A stretch of DNA of 64,000 nucleotides from Longimicrobiales bacterium (GCA_032250675.1 JAVVEY010000002.1:3650-67649); one strand, 5' to 3'. Shown: positions 18,837-29,856, counted from the stretch's first letter. Notes: generated from the sequence alone by a model not told the origin. Numbers and translations are program-made.

Positions 18837-19123
18837 ATGCGATCCTCGCGCTCAGCGCCGTCCTCTTCGTGCTCGGGACGCTCGGCGTCCTGATCCGACG
18901 CAACGCGATCATCATCTTCCTCTGCATCGAACTCCAGCTCAACGCGGTGAACCTCGCCCTGGTGGCCTTCAGCCGGGTCTGGGGGATCGACGGACAGGTC
19001 TTCGTCTTCTTCGTGATGACGGTGGCGGCAGCCGAAGCCGCGGTCGGGCTCGCGATCATCATCTCGATCTTCCGTCACTACGAGACGGTCGATGTCGGGT
19101 CCTTCAATCTGCTGAAGTGGTAG
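18833..19123 (+). CDS. nuoK: NADH-quinone oxidoreductase subunit K
   Basis: ND4L-like, 96 aa ([17 protein letters not shown]). ATGA overlap with nuoJ. Confidence 0.9.
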   Translation: MNAILALSAVLFVLGTLGVLIRRNAIIIFLCIELQLNAVNLALVAFSRVWGIDGQVFVFFVMTVAAAEAAVGLAIIISIFRHYETVDVGSFNLLKW

Positions 19124-19127
19124 GGGC

Positions 19128-21332
19128 ATGAGTACGACCCTGATCGGATCGACCCTCCTCGCCGCGCAGGAGGCGGCGGGAGCGAGCGATCTCCATGCGG
19201 AGTTCGCTCCCTTCCTCCCCGGGCTCATCGTCCTCCTCCCGCTGCTCGGCTTCCTCGTCAATGGTGCCCTCGCCCTCGGGCACGCCCGTCGCTCGGCGGA
19301 TGCCGTGCGGAGGGGTGCCGAGTACGACCCCTTCGGCGAGGGATCGCGACGCCGGGATGCCACCCACCGCCTCCCCACCTGGATCGGGCCCGGGGTGATG
19401 CTCCTCGCCTTCGCGCTCGTGCTGGTGAACTTCGTGAGGATGCTGGGGGTCGAGCTGCACGATCCGGTCGTGATCGAGTACTGGACGTGGATCGCGACGG
19501 GCACCCTCGAGGTGAGTGCCGCGCTCCAGCTCGACCAGCTCTCGATCATCATGATGATGATCATCACGGGCGTGGGTTTTCTGATCCACCTCTTCAGCAT
19601 CGGCTACATGAAGGATGACGTGGGGTACCCGCGCTACTTCGCGTACCTCAACCTCTTCATCTTCTTCATGCTGGTGCTCGTCATGGGCGCCAACCTCCCC
19701 CTCCTCTTCGTGGGGTGGGAGGGGGTCGGGCTCTGCTCGTACCTCCTCATCGGCTTCTGGTTCAGCGATCGAGAGAAGTCGGACGCGGGCAAGAAGGCCT
19801 TCATCGTGAATCGCATCGGGGACTTCGGCTTCCTGATCGCGATCTTCCTCCTCTTCACCGTCTTCGGATCGCTCGACTTCGCGTCGATCAACGCAGGGGC
19901 GGACGCGATGCTCGTCTACGGCGGGGGGATGGTCACCGCGATCACCCTCTTCATCCTCCTCGGCGCGGCCGGCAAGAGCGCGCAGATCCCGCTCTACGTC
20001 TGGCTCCCCGACGCGATGGCGGGGCCCACCCCCGTCTCGGCGCTGATCCACGCCGCCACGATGGTCACCGCGGGCGTCTATCTCGTGGCGCGCACGAGCG
20101 TGCTCTTCGCGCTCTCGCCCGTCGGGAGTGTGACGGTGGCGGGGATCGGCGCGGCGACCGCGCTCTTCGCCGCGACGATCGCGCTCGTCCAGACCGACAT
20201 CAAGAAGGTGCTCGCCTACTCCACCGTCTCGCAGCTCGGCTACATGTTCCTGGGCGTGGGCGTCGGGGCGTACGCGGCGGGCGTCTTCCACCTGATGACG
20301 CACGCCTTCTTCAAGGCGCTCCTCTTCCTCGGGGCGGGCGCGGTGATTCACTCGATGCACCACGCGCTGCACCACACGCACTCCGGGGAGGACCCCCAGG
20401 ACATGCGCAATATGGGAGGGATGCGACGCTACATGCCGTGGACCGCCGCGACGATGTGGATCGCCACCCTCGCCATCGCGGGGATCTGGCCCTTCGCCGG
20501 ATTCTTCTCGAAGGACGAGATCATCTGGTTCACCGGCGCCGCCGCGGTGGGCCCCTTCGCCGGGCTCTACACCCTCTTCTGGGTGGTCGCGCTCGCCGCG
20601 GCGATGCTCACCGCCTTCTACATGACGCGCATGATGGTCATGACCTTCCACGGGTCGAACCGGACCGGTGAGGAAGAGGCGAAGCACCTGCACGAGGCTC
20701 CCCTCACGATGACGGTGCCGCTCTCGGTCCTCGCCTTCCTCTCGACCTTCGGGGGGTGGATCAATGTGCCCGAGGCGATCCGCACCTCCTTCCTCGGCTT
20801 CGGGGGCGCGCTCCCGATGAGCGAGTGGCTGCACGAGTGGCTCGATCCGATCACGCATTCGGCGCAGGCGATCCGCGAGGAGGCACTCACCGCAGCGGGC
20901 GCGCTCGCCGGGCAGGACCACTACCACGGCTTCCTTCACCATGCACCCTTCGGTGGGGGAGAGTTCACCTGGGCGGTCATCTCGACCCTCCTGGCGGCGG
21001 GTGTCGTGGCCGGCACGGTGCTCGTCGGCGCGCGCTGGGTGCTGCGTCCCGCCTCCGAGAGCGCACCCCCCACCGGCTTCCGCAAGATCCTCTACGACAA
21101 GTGGTACGTCGACGAGTTCTACGACCGGATCATCGTGCGCCCGATCCACACCATCTCGCGCTTCTTCTGGCGCTGGATCGATCGCGGAATCGACCTCCTC
21201 GTCGGAGGCGTCGGAGGGGTGACGAAGGGGGTCGGATGGGCCGGTTCGATGGTGCAGACCGGATCGGTCAGCACCTACGCATTCATCTTGACGGCAGGGG
21301 TCCTGGTGATCCTCTGGTTCACGAGGTTCTAG
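19128..21332 (+). CDS. nuoL: NADH-quinone oxidoreductase subunit L
   Basis: ND5/Mrp antiporter-like protein (GWEGVGLCSYLLIGFW, KSAQIPLYVWLPDAMAGPTPVSALIHAATMV) with a C-terminal lateral-helix region. Confidence 0.94.
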   Translation: MSTTLIGSTLLAAQEAAGASDLHAEFAPFLPGLIVLLPLLGFLVNGALALGHARRSADAVRRGAEYDPFGEGSRRRDATHRLPTWIGPGVMLLAFALVLVNFVRMLGVELHDPVVIEYWTWIATGTLEVSAALQLDQLSIIMMMIITGVGFLIHLFSIGYMKDDVGYPRYFAYLNLFIFFMLVLVMGANLPLLFVGWEGVGLCSYLLIGFWFSDREKSDAGKKAFIVNRIGDFGFLIAIFLLFTVFGSLDFASINAGADAMLVYGGGMVTAITLFILLGAAGKSAQIPLYVWLPDAMAGPTPVSALIHAATMVTAGVYLVARTSVLFALSPVGSVTVAGIGAATALFAATIALVQTDIKKVLAYSTVSQLGYMFLGVGVGAYAAGVFHLMTHAFFKALLFLGAGAVIHSMHHALHHTHSGEDPQDMRNMGGMRRYMPWTAATMWIATLAIAGIWPFAGFFSKDEIIWFTGAAAVGPFAGLYTLFWVVALAAAMLTAFYMTRMMVMTFHGSNRTGEEEAKHLHEAPLTMTVPLSVLAFLSTFGGWINVPEAIRTSFLGFGGALPMSEWLHEWLDPITHSAQAIREEALTAAGALAGQDHYHGFLHHAPFGGGEFTWAVISTLLAAGVVAGTVLVGARWVLRPASESAPPTGFRKILYDKWYVDEFYDRIIVRPIHTISRFFWRWIDRGIDLLVGGVGGVTKGVGWAGSMVQTGSVSTYAFILTAGVLVILWFTRF

Positions 21333-21336
21333 ACCG

Positions 21337-22935
21337 ATGAACGCACTCCTCGATTCGGTCGCATACGACGCCTGGGTTCTCCACGCGCTCGTCTGGCTTC
21401 CCCTCGTCGGGATGGCGTGGGTCCTGCGCGCCCCCGAAGCGGCGGCGAAGCAGATCGCCTTCCGCGTCTCCGCCGCCCTCTTCATCGTGAGCCTCGGGCT
21501 CTGGTTCGCCTTCGAGCCGGGTAGCGCGGCGATGCAGTTCGCCTCCTCGACGCGCTGGATCGAGGCGTGGGGGATCGAGTACGCCCTCGGGATCGACGGG
21601 ATCAGTCTCTTCCTCGTCCTCCTGACGACCTTCACGATGCCGCTCGCGATCCTCGGATCGTTCCGCTACATCCAGCACCGGGAGCGGGCCTTCTACGCCC
21701 TCATGCTTCTCCTGCAGACGGGTGTCGTGGGGGTCTTCGTGGCGACCGACCTCTTCCTCTTCTACGTCTTCTTCGAGCTCACCCTGGTGCCGATGTACTT
21801 CATCATCGGAATCTGGGGTGGGACGCGACGCGTCTATGCGGCGGTCAAGTTCTTCCTCTACACCGCCTTCGGATCGCTCCTCATGCTGGTGGCGATCCTC
21901 TACCTCCACGTACAGGCACGCACCGATCTGGGCTACGGCACCTTCGCCTTCGCCGATCTCGCCACGGTGAACCTCACGCTGACCGAGCAGCTCTGGCTCT
22001 TCAGCGCCTTCGCGCTCGCCTTCGCGATCAAGGTGCCGGTCTTCCCGCTCCACACCTGGCTCCCCGACGCCCATGTGGAGGCGCCGACGCCGGGTTCCGT
22101 GGTGCTCGCCGCGGTGCTCCTCAAGATGGGCACCTACGGCTTCGTGCGATTCCTCCTCCCCTTCTTCCCGGGTGCCGCGCAGCACCCCACGGTGGTGACG
22201 GTGATGATCGCGCTCGGCGTGATCGGGATCGTCTACGCGGCGTGGGTCGCAGCGGTGCAGCCCGATGCCAAGAAGCTCGTCGCCTACACCTCGGTCGCGC
22301 ACATGGGGTTCGTGGTGATCGGGGTCTTCGCGCTCACCGTCAACGGGCTCCAGGGGGCCATCCTGGTGATGATTGCCCACGGGATCAGCACCGGCGCGCT
22401 CTTCCTCCTCCTCGGGATGATCTACGAACGACGCCACACCCGCGAGATCGCCGATTTCGGCGGACTCGGGCGTGTCGCTCCCTGGCTCGCGACCGCCTTC
22501 GTCATCACCGCCCTGGCTTCGATCGGTCTGCCTGGCACGAGCGGGTTTCCGGGGGAGTTCCTCGCGCTGCTCGGGCTCTTCGAAACCCACCCCGTCTTCG
22601 GGGTCGTCGCCACCACGGGTGTCATCTTTGCCGCCTGGTACATGCTGCCGATGGTTCAGCGAATCTTCTTCAACGCGCTCGAGCGCGACGAGAATCGCGA
22701 GGTCGAGGATCTGAGCCGGCGCGAGATCGCCGTGCTCACTCCCCTCGTGATCATGATGATCGTGCTCGGGGTCTTCCCGGGCGCGATCCTCGAGCGTACC
22801 GAACCCGCCGTGAGAGCGGTGCTCGATCGGGTCGAAGCGGCCGCGCCGGCCGTCGCCGAGATCGATCCGCTCGATCCGGACGCGGGTGAGGGTATCACTC
22901 CGGTGGTCACCGAGGTCGTGGAGGTCGTCCGATGA
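21337..22935 (+). CDS. nuoM: NADH-quinone oxidoreductase subunit M
   Basis: ND4-like (KVPVFPLHTWLPDAHVEAPTPGSVVLAAVLLKMG). Confidence 0.94.
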   Translation: MNALLDSVAYDAWVLHALVWLPLVGMAWVLRAPEAAAKQIAFRVSAALFIVSLGLWFAFEPGSAAMQFASSTRWIEAWGIEYALGIDGISLFLVLLTTFTMPLAILGSFRYIQHRERAFYALMLLLQTGVVGVFVATDLFLFYVFFELTLVPMYFIIGIWGGTRRVYAAVKFFLYTAFGSLLMLVAILYLHVQARTDLGYGTFAFADLATVNLTLTEQLWLFSAFALAFAIKVPVFPLHTWLPDAHVEAPTPGSVVLAAVLLKMGTYGFVRFLLPFFPGAAQHPTVVTVMIALGVIGIVYAAWVAAVQPDAKKLVAYTSVAHMGFVVIGVFALTVNGLQGAILVMIAHGISTGALFLLLGMIYERRHTREIADFGGLGRVAPWLATAFVITALASIGLPGTSGFPGEFLALLGLFETHPVFGVVATTGVIFAAWYMLPMVQRIFFNALERDENREVEDLSRREIAVLTPLVIMMIVLGVFPGAILERTEPAVRAVLDRVEAAAPAVAEIDPLDPDAGEGITPVVTEVVEVVR

Positions 22936-24461
22936 CGCTCGACTTCGTCTCCGGGCTCGACTACTTCTGGGCACTCCTCCCCGAGTTCCTCCTCTGCGGG
23001 TGGGGGATGGTGATCCTTCTCATGGGGGTCTCGGGACGCCGCGACCCGCGCACCGAGGGCGCGCTCGCCGCCGAGCTCCCCTCGCACGACCTCGGCTACC
23101 TCACCCTCGCGGGACTCGTGGTGGCGGCGCTGGCCCACGGGTGGCTGTACGGCGTGGCCGAGGTGGGCACGGAGGGGCTCGTGGCGGTCGACGAGTTTCG
23201 TCTCTTCGCCGGCTGGATCTTCCTGATCGCCGCCGCCTTCACCGTCCTCATGTCGTTCGCCTACGTCTACCGGCAGCGACTTCAGGCGGGTGAATACTAT
23301 GCGCTCATCCTCTTCGCCACGGCGGGGATGATGTTCATGGCGGGCGCGCGCGATCTCATCGTGATCTTCCTCGGGCTCGAGGTGATGTCGATCTCGGTCT
23401 ACGCCCTCACCGCCTTCAACCGCCGCGACCGGCGTTCGGCCGAGGCGGGGTTGAAGTACTTCATCCTCGGTGCCTTCTCGACGGGCTTCTTCCTCTACGG
23501 TCTCGCGCTCGTCTACGGCGCCACGGGATCGACGAATATCGAGGCGGTCGGAACGAGCGTGCTCGCGGGCAACGCCCACGCCTCACTCCTCCCCTTCGGG
23601 GTCGGGTTCCTGGCGGTGGGATTCGCCTTCAAGGTGGGTGCCGTCCCCTTCCACATGTGGGCTCCGGATGTCTACGAAGGCGCGCCCACCCCGGTGACGG
23701 CCTTCATGGCGGTGGCGGTCAAGGCCGCCGCCTTCGTCGCCTTCTTCCGGGTCTTCCTCGTCGGGTTCATCGGGATCCGGGAGGTGTGGTACCCGATCGT
23801 CTGGTGGATCGCCGCGATCACGATGGTCGTCGCCAACCTCCTGGCGCTCGCGCAATTCAATGTGAAGCGGATGCTCGCCTACTCGAGCATCGCGCACGCC
23901 GGCTACCTCATGGTGGCGCTCGCGGCCGCCAACGACCGCGCCTCCGCAGGGATGCTCTTCTACCTCCTCGTCTACGCCGTGATGAATATGGGCGCCTTCG
24001 CGATCGTGGTGATCGTGGGACGACAGGGTGAGGAGTCGCTCGAGGTCGACGACTACGCGGGGCTCGGCGCCTCGAACCCCGCGCTCGCCGTCGCCTTCAC
24101 GATCTTCCTCCTCGCATTGGCGGGATTCCCCGGCACCGCCGGCTTCATGGGGAAGATCTTCCTCCTCCAGGGCGCGGCCGACTCCGGCCTCTGGGTGCTC
24201 TCGACGGTGCTTGTGCTGATGACCCTCGTCTCGTACTACTACTACCTCCGGCTGGCGTGGTTCATGTGGATGCGCGAAGCTCGTGAAGGGGTTTCGCAGG
24301 GGGAGCTCTTCGTGCCCCTCCCGATGCGCTTCGCCCTCGTCGCCGGAGCTGCCGTCCTCCTTCTTCTCGGCGTCTTTCCCGCGACGATAATGGAGTTCGC
24401 CCAGGGCTCCGTTGCGGCGGTCTCCGCCTTCCCCGAGCTCCTCCAGGTTCTCGCACCGTGA
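22932..24461 (+). CDS. nuoN: NADH-quinone oxidoreductase subunit N
   Basis: ND2-like (FKVGAVPFHMWAPDVYEGAPTPVTAFMAV). ATGA overlap with nuoM. Confidence 0.94.
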   Translation: MTLDFVSGLDYFWALLPEFLLCGWGMVILLMGVSGRRDPRTEGALAAELPSHDLGYLTLAGLVVAALAHGWLYGVAEVGTEGLVAVDEFRLFAGWIFLIAAAFTVLMSFAYVYRQRLQAGEYYALILFATAGMMFMAGARDLIVIFLGLEVMSISVYALTAFNRRDRRSAEAGLKYFILGAFSTGFFLYGLALVYGATGSTNIEAVGTSVLAGNAHASLLPFGVGFLAVGFAFKVGAVPFHMWAPDVYEGAPTPVTAFMAVAVKAAAFVAFFRVFLVGFIGIREVWYPIVWWIAAITMVVANLLALAQFNVKRMLAYSSIAHAGYLMVALAAANDRASAGMLFYLLVYAVMNMGAFAIVVIVGRQGEESLEVDDYAGLGASNPALAVAFTIFLLALAGFPGTAGFMGKIFLLQGAADSGLWVLSTVLVLMTLVSYYYYLRLAWFMWMREAREGVSQGELFVPLPMRFALVAGAAVLLLLGVFPATIMEFAQGSVAAVSAFPELLQVLAP

Positions 24462-24465
24462 GTCG

Positions 24466-25836
24466 ATGCACCCCATAGCACCGCACATCTTCAGGGAGTA
24501 CGACATCCGTGGCATCGTCGGGGACGATCTCGACGCGGCGGTCGCCCGCGGAGTGGGGCGTGCCTTCGCGTCGATGCTCGCCGATCCTGCCTCGGCGCGC
24601 GTCGGGGTCGGACGCGACAACCGCCCCTCGTCACCCGCCCTCGCCGATGCGCTGATCGCGGGACTCCGTGCGGGTGGGGTCGATGTCGTCGATATCGGGA
24701 CCGTCCCCACCCCGATGGTGTGGTGGGCGGAGTCACAGCTCGGGCTGCAGGGGGCGATCCAGATCACCGGATCACACAACCCCCCCGAGTGGAACGGGAT
24801 CAAGATGTCGATGCAGGGGTCGGTCTACGGCGAGCGGATCCAGGAGATCCGGCGCCGGATCGAGAGGTCGGAGTTCGTCGAGGGAGAGGGGGAAATCGAG
24901 AGGCGAGAGATCCTCGATCTCTACATCGACGATCTCCTCTCGAGGTTCGAGCTGCCCCGTCCCGTCAAGGTGGTGGTGGACTGCGGCAATGGGAGCGGCG
25001 CGCTCGTCGCGGTCCGCCTCCTCGAAGCGCTCGGCGCCGACGTCATCCCGCTCTACTGCGAGTCCGACGGGACCTTCCCGAATCACCACCCCGACCCGAC
25101 GGTCGATGCCTACCTCGTCGACCTGATCGAGAAGGTGCGCGAGACGGGGGCCGAACTCGGGATCGCCTTCGACGGGGACGCCGATCGCCTCGGGGCGGTC
25201 GATGAGCGGGGGAAGATCGTGCGCGGCGACCTCATCCTCCTCCTCTTCGGACTCGATCTCATCGAGCGTCGCGGTCCGGGACAGAAGCTCGTCTTCGACG
25301 TGAAGTGTTCGCAGGCCCTCCCCGACGTCTTCGAGGCGGCGGGAGGCGTGCCGATCATGTGGAAGACGGGTCATTCCCTGATGAAGGAGAAGATGAAGGA
25401 GGAAAACGCGCCGCTCGCCGGGGAACTGTCGGGACATATCTGCGTAGGGGGTGAGGAGTACCTCGGCTTCGACGATGCGCTCTACGACGCCTGTGCGCTG
25501 ATCGATATCGTGGCGCGCTCCGACCGACCGCTCTCGGCCCGGATCGGTGAATTTCCGGCCTGGGTCTCGACGTCCGAGCTGCGCATCGAGGTCGCCGAGG
25601 AGGAGAAGTTCGCGATCGTCGAGGCCGCGCTCGCGCACTTCCGCGAGGACCACGAGGTTGTCGATGTGGATGGCGCGCGCATCCTCTTCGGCGACGGATG
25701 GGGCCTGCTGCGCGCCTCGAACACGCAACCCGTCCTCGTCGCCCGGTATGAGGCGCGCACGCGTGAACGACTGACGGAGATTCGCGCCGAGGTGGAGCAA
25801 TGGCTCACCGGTCACGGTGTGACGCTCCAGGGATGA
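24466..25836 (+). CDS. phosphomannomutase / phosphoglucomutase
   Basis: Phosphoserine loop TGSHNPPEWNG, metal loop FDGDADR, sugar loop GELSGH. Start moved to the ATG at 24466, 4 nt after the nuoN stop. Confidence 0.92.
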   Translation: MHPIAPHIFREYDIRGIVGDDLDAAVARGVGRAFASMLADPASARVGVGRDNRPSSPALADALIAGLRAGGVDVVDIGTVPTPMVWWAESQLGLQGAIQITGSHNPPEWNGIKMSMQGSVYGERIQEIRRRIERSEFVEGEGEIERREILDLYIDDLLSRFELPRPVKVVVDCGNGSGALVAVRLLEALGADVIPLYCESDGTFPNHHPDPTVDAYLVDLIEKVRETGAELGIAFDGDADRLGAVDERGKIVRGDLILLLFGLDLIERRGPGQKLVFDVKCSQALPDVFEAAGGVPIMWKTGHSLMKEKMKEENAPLAGELSGHICVGGEEYLGFDDALYDACALIDIVARSDRPLSARIGEFPAWVSTSELRIEVAEEEKFAIVEAALAHFREDHEVVDVDGARILFGDGWGLLRASNTQPVLVARYEARTRERLTEIRAEVEQWLTGHGVTLQG

Positions 25837-25840
25837 CGAA

Positions 25841-28615
25841 ATGAACACGCCGGCTCCGAACCCCGCACTCCGCCGCAGCCGGCTCGCGCTCGGCGCCTTC
25901 TTCCTCCTCGCGGTCGTCCTCGTGGCCAGCCGCATGCTGACCGACCTCGGGGTCGATCTCCTCTGGTTCTCGAGTGAAGGCTACCTCCCCGTCTTCACCC
26001 GCACCCTCGGGTGGGTCTGGGGTGTGCGCGTCGCGGTCGGGATCGTCGTCGCCCTCCTCTTCGTGCTCAACCTGCGCCCCGTCGCGCACACGCTCGACTC
26101 CGTCCGGATTCGGCGTCGCTTCGGCAATCTCGAGATCTCCGAGCGCCTGCCGAGACGGGTGATCGCGGGAGGCGTCGTTCTCGTCAGCCTCCTCCTCGGG
26201 GTGTGGTTCGGGGTCTCGGTTCCCGAGAGCGTCGGACGCCAGCTCCTCCTCTGGGTGAATCGTGTGGAGTGGGGAGTCGTTGATCCCTTCGTCGGGCGCG
26301 ATCTCTCCTTCTACGTCTTCACTCTGCCGGTCCTGCGCTCCGCGGTGACCTTCGCGCTCATCGCCGCCTTCCTCGTCTTCACCGTGGTGCTCGCCGGATA
26401 CGCCGCCACCGGTGCGCTCCGACTGGGGCAGGAGGGGATCGGGATCGGCGCGGGGGCGCGGCGGCACCTCGGTGCGATCACCGCAATCTTCCTCCTCCTC
26501 GTCGCGGCGCGCTACGCGCTCGGCCAGCCCCTCCTCCTCTTCTTCGGATCCTCCGACGTCCAGGGAATCTTCGGCTACACCGACGCCCAGGCTCGACTCC
26601 CCGCCCTCCGGATCCAGGCGGGTCTCGCGATCCTGGCGGCGATCGGGGTGGCGTTCGGGGCGCAGAGGGCGCGATTCCTCCCGGTCGCCGCGGGGATCGG
26701 TGGGTTGATCGTCGGGAGCCTCCTCGCCGGACAGATGTGGCCCGCGCTGGTGCAGCGCCTCCAGGTCCAGCCGAACGAGCTCGAGCGCGAGAGCGACTAC
26801 ATCCAGGAGAACATCCGCTTCACCCGCCTCGGCTTCGGCGTGCACGAACTCGAGCGCTCACGGGTCGATGCCCTCGCCGACGGACCCGTCGACTGGGGGA
26901 TGGGCGCGGCGCAGTTCGTCGGGCTCCCGGTGTGGACCCAATCGACGCTGCGCACCACCTTCAACGAGGTCGATGCGCGGTTCCAGTACTACGACTTCCC
27001 CATCGTCGAATTCGATCGGTACCCCGACGGGGAGGGGGAGCGGCTCGTCGCGCTCGCCGTACGCGAGGTCGATCCCACCGGGGTCGAGGATCCGAACTGG
27101 CAGAACCTACATGTGGTCGAACGGTATGTCGTGGGCAATGGGGTCGTCGCGTCGGATCTCACCGCGCGTACCGACCAGGGTCGCCCCCGCATGCTCGTGG
27201 ACGGGATCCCGGCGGTAGCTGCGGAGGGCTCGCCCGTCACGCTCGAGCGCCAGTCGATCTTCGTGGGCTCGCGCTCGCTCCCGTATGCGGTGATCAACGC
27301 CACCGACTCCAGCTACACCGCCCCCGACGGCTCACCGGGCACGCCCGGAGTCGACTTCCCCGACGGGATCGCCGCCGGTGGGCTCTTCCGGAAGGCGCTC
27401 CTCGCGTGGTCGCTCCGGGACGCGAATATCCTTCTGGCGGGTGAGGTCGGTCCCGAGAGCCGGCTCGTCCTGCATCGCAGCGTCACGGACCGGGTTCGCC
27501 GGATCGCCCCCTTCCTCGCCTACCCCGAGGCGCCGTGGCCCGTCCTCCACGAGGGACGCGTCGTCTGGATCCTCGAGGGGTACACCGCGACACGCTTCTT
27601 CCCGCTCTCCCGCGCCGTCGAACTCGAGTTCCGCCGTCCGGTGGCGTATGCCCGCAACTCGGTGAAGATCACGGTGGATGCCGTGACGGGGGATGTGGCC
27701 TTTTATGCGACGGCGGTGCGCGACCCCCTCCTCGAGGCGTGGCAGCAGGCCTTCCCGGAGCTCTTCCGCCCCCTCTCGGCGATGCCCGAGGGGCTGCGTC
27801 GTCATCTCCGGTACCCGAGGAGCCTGATCGCGCTGCAGTCCGCCGTCCTTCTCCAGTACCACCAGGAAGAGCCCTCGGTCTTCTTCGGCCAGCAGGACCA
27901 GTGGGCGGTACCCCGGGAGCTCGCACAGAGCAGTACCCCGGTCTCGTACCGCGCAGAATACGGCATCGTCCAGATGCCCGACGACGACGCGCCGCGCTTC
28001 CAGATCAGTACCGTCTTCGTCCCGGCGGGACGCCAGAACCTCACCGGGATTCTGGCCGGACGACTCGCGGAGGACGGCACGCCGGAGCTGCGCCTCTTCG
28101 ATCTCCCCGTCGAAGAACAGGTCTCGGGACCCTCACAGGTCGAGGCCCTCATCGAGCAGGATCCGGCGATCTCGCAGCAGTTCTCACTCTGGCGGACCGG
28201 GGGGAGTCGGGTCTGGACGGGGCACCTTCACACCATCCCGGTGGGCGACCGGGTGATCTACATGGAGCCGATCTTCCTCGCCGCCGAGGAGGGAGCGATC
28301 CCCGAGTTGCGGCGGTTCGTCGTGAGCGACGGGCGCCGCGTCGCGATGGCAGAAGGGTTGAGCGAGGCGATCCGCGCGCTCGCTGGCGACGAGGTACCGG
28401 CGCGCTCCGGAGCGGCGGGGACGGATCCGGCGGGCGCACCCTCCGCCGCGGGAGACCTCTCCATCGGAGCGCTCCCCGCCGGAGCGCTCCCCACTGAAGC
28501 GCTCCGGCTTCTCGATCGCGCGGAGGAGCGCCTCCGCTCGGGCGACTGGGCGGGATTCGGCGAGGCACTCGAGGCGCTTCGCAGGCTCCTCGCCGGAGCG
28601 TCGGGAACCGGATGA
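25841..28615 (+). CDS. UPF0182-family large membrane protein
   Basis: N-terminal polytopic region (DLLWFSSEGY..., several TM helices) followed by a ~650-aa soluble region, an architecture typical of UPF0182 (PF03699-like). Starts 4 nt after the pmm stop. Confidence 0.8.
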   Translation: MNTPAPNPALRRSRLALGAFFLLAVVLVASRMLTDLGVDLLWFSSEGYLPVFTRTLGWVWGVRVAVGIVVALLFVLNLRPVAHTLDSVRIRRRFGNLEISERLPRRVIAGGVVLVSLLLGVWFGVSVPESVGRQLLLWVNRVEWGVVDPFVGRDLSFYVFTLPVLRSAVTFALIAAFLVFTVVLAGYAATGALRLGQEGIGIGAGARRHLGAITAIFLLLVAARYALGQPLLLFFGSSDVQGIFGYTDAQARLPALRIQAGLAILAAIGVAFGAQRARFLPVAAGIGGLIVGSLLAGQMWPALVQRLQVQPNELERESDYIQENIRFTRLGFGVHELERSRVDALADGPVDWGMGAAQFVGLPVWTQSTLRTTFNEVDARFQYYDFPIVEFDRYPDGEGERLVALAVREVDPTGVEDPNWQNLHVVERYVVGNGVVASDLTARTDQGRPRMLVDGIPAVAAEGSPVTLERQSIFVGSRSLPYAVINATDSSYTAPDGSPGTPGVDFPDGIAAGGLFRKALLAWSLRDANILLAGEVGPESRLVLHRSVTDRVRRIAPFLAYPEAPWPVLHEGRVVWILEGYTATRFFPLSRAVELEFRRPVAYARNSVKITVDAVTGDVAFYATAVRDPLLEAWQQAFPELFRPLSAMPEGLRRHLRYPRSLIALQSAVLLQYHQEEPSVFFGQQDQWAVPRELAQSSTPVSYRAEYGIVQMPDDDAPRFQISTVFVPAGRQNLTGILAGRLAEDGTPELRLFDLPVEEQVSGPSQVEALIEQDPAISQQFSLWRTGGSRVWTGHLHTIPVGDRVIYMEPIFLAAEEGAIPELRRFVVSDGRRVAMAEGLSEAIRALAGDEVPARSGAAGTDPAGAPSAAGDLSIGALPAGALPTEALRLLDRAEERLRSGDWAGFGEALEALRRLLAGASGTG

Positions 28616-28633
28616 ATCGGTGCACGGAATCGG

Positions 28634-28662
28634 TTGAAGAGGGGCATCCCCCTCGGTAGCTT
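28634..28662 (+). promoter_or_regulatory. candidate sigma70-type promoter of sucCD (TTGAAG-N17-TAGCTT)
   Basis: -35 TTGAAG (28634-28639), 17-nt spacer, -10 TAGCTT (28657-28662), 54 nt upstream of the sucC ATG. Near-identical layout to the nuo motif. Confidence 0.45.
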
Positions 28663-28716
28663 CACGGTCTTGGCCGCTCGGGCCGGGCCCACCCAATCCA
28701 ACGGACGAACAGAGGT

Positions 28717-29856
28717 ATGGATCTCCACGAATATCAGGCGAAGGAGATCTTCCGGGGCGCGGGAATTCCCGTTCCGCCCGGGAAGGTCGCGACCACTCCG
28801 GATGAGGCGGAGGCGATCGCGCGGACGTACGGCGGGCTCGTCGTCGTCAAGGCGCAGGTCCACACCGGCGGTCGCGGCAAGGCGGGTGGAGTGAAGCTGG
28901 CCCGGACGCCCGAGGAGGTGCGCGAACACGCATCGAATATCCTCGGGATGAAGATCAACGGCCTCACCGTCGAGAAGGTCCTCGTCACTCCGGGCGAGGA
29001 GATCGCCACCGAGGCGTACGTATCGGTCCTCGTCAACCGTGAGACGCAGGCCCCCGTCTTCATGGTGAGTTCCGAGGGCGGCGTCGACATCGAGGAGGTC
29101 GCCGAGAAGACGCCCGATGCGATCCGCAAGATGCACGTCGATCCGCGCTACGGTCTCCTGCCGCACCAGGCCTACATCCTCGGCGTCGAGCTCTACGACG
29201 ATCCGAAGCTCCAGCGTCAGGCCGCGAAGATCATGATGCAGCTCTACGATGCCTTCGTCGAGGCGGGTGCGAGCCTCGCCGAGATCAACCCCCTCATCAC
29301 CACCCCCGCGGGGGAGGTCAAGGCGATCGATGCCAAGGTCTCGATCGACGACAACGAACTCTTCCGACGTCCGGAGATCGCCGACTACCGAGACACCTCG
29401 TCGGAGCCCGAAGCCGAGACACTCGCGCGCGAAGCGGGACTCACCTTCATCAAGCTCGACGGGAATGTCGGCTGCTGCGTCAACGGCGCCGGCCTCGCGA
29501 TGGCCACGATGGATCTCGTGAAGTTCTACGGAGGCGAGCCCGCGAACTTCCTCGATATCGGCGGATCGTCCAACCCCGAGAAGGTCGTCAACGCGCTGAA
29601 GATCATCACCGACGATCCGCAGGTGAAGGTGATCCTCTTCAATATCTTCGGGGGGATCACGCGGACCGACGATGTGGCCAACGGGATCATCGAGGCGCTC
29701 AGGCAGATCTCGATCGACGTACCGATCGTGATCCGCCTCACCGGCACGAATGAGGAGATCGCCCTGAAGATCCTCAAGGACGCCGGATTCGAAGCCTATT
29801 CCACCATGGACGAGGTCGTCGCGAAAGCGGTCGAGCTCGCCACTGCAGCCGCGTAA
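28717..29856 (+). CDS. sucC: succinyl-CoA synthetase beta subunit
   Basis: [13 protein letters not shown]-terminus, ATP-grasp region, [18 protein letters not shown]. Confidence 0.96.
   Translation: MDLHEYQAKEIFRGAGIPVPPGKVATTPDEAEAIARTYGGLVVVKAQVHTGGRGKAGGVKLARTPEEVREHASNILGMKINGLTVEKVLVTPGEEIATEAYVSVLVNRETQAPVFMVSSEGGVDIEEVAEKTPDAIRKMHVDPRYGLLPHQAYILGVELYDDPKLQRQAAKIMMQLYDAFVEAGASLAEINPLITTPAGEVKAIDAKVSIDDNELFRRPEIADYRDTSSEPEAETLAREAGLTFIKLDGNVGCCVNGAGLAMATMDLVKFYGGEPANFLDIGGSSNPEKVVNALKIITDDPQVKVILFNIFGGITRTDDVANGIIEALRQISIDVPIVIRLTGTNEEIALKILKDAGFEAYSTMDEVVAKAVELATAAA

Noticed and set aside
19104-21635. 843-aa minus-strand ORF
   Set aside because: Antisense to nuoL. Its highly charged Arg/Glu/Asp/Gly composition is not protein-like.
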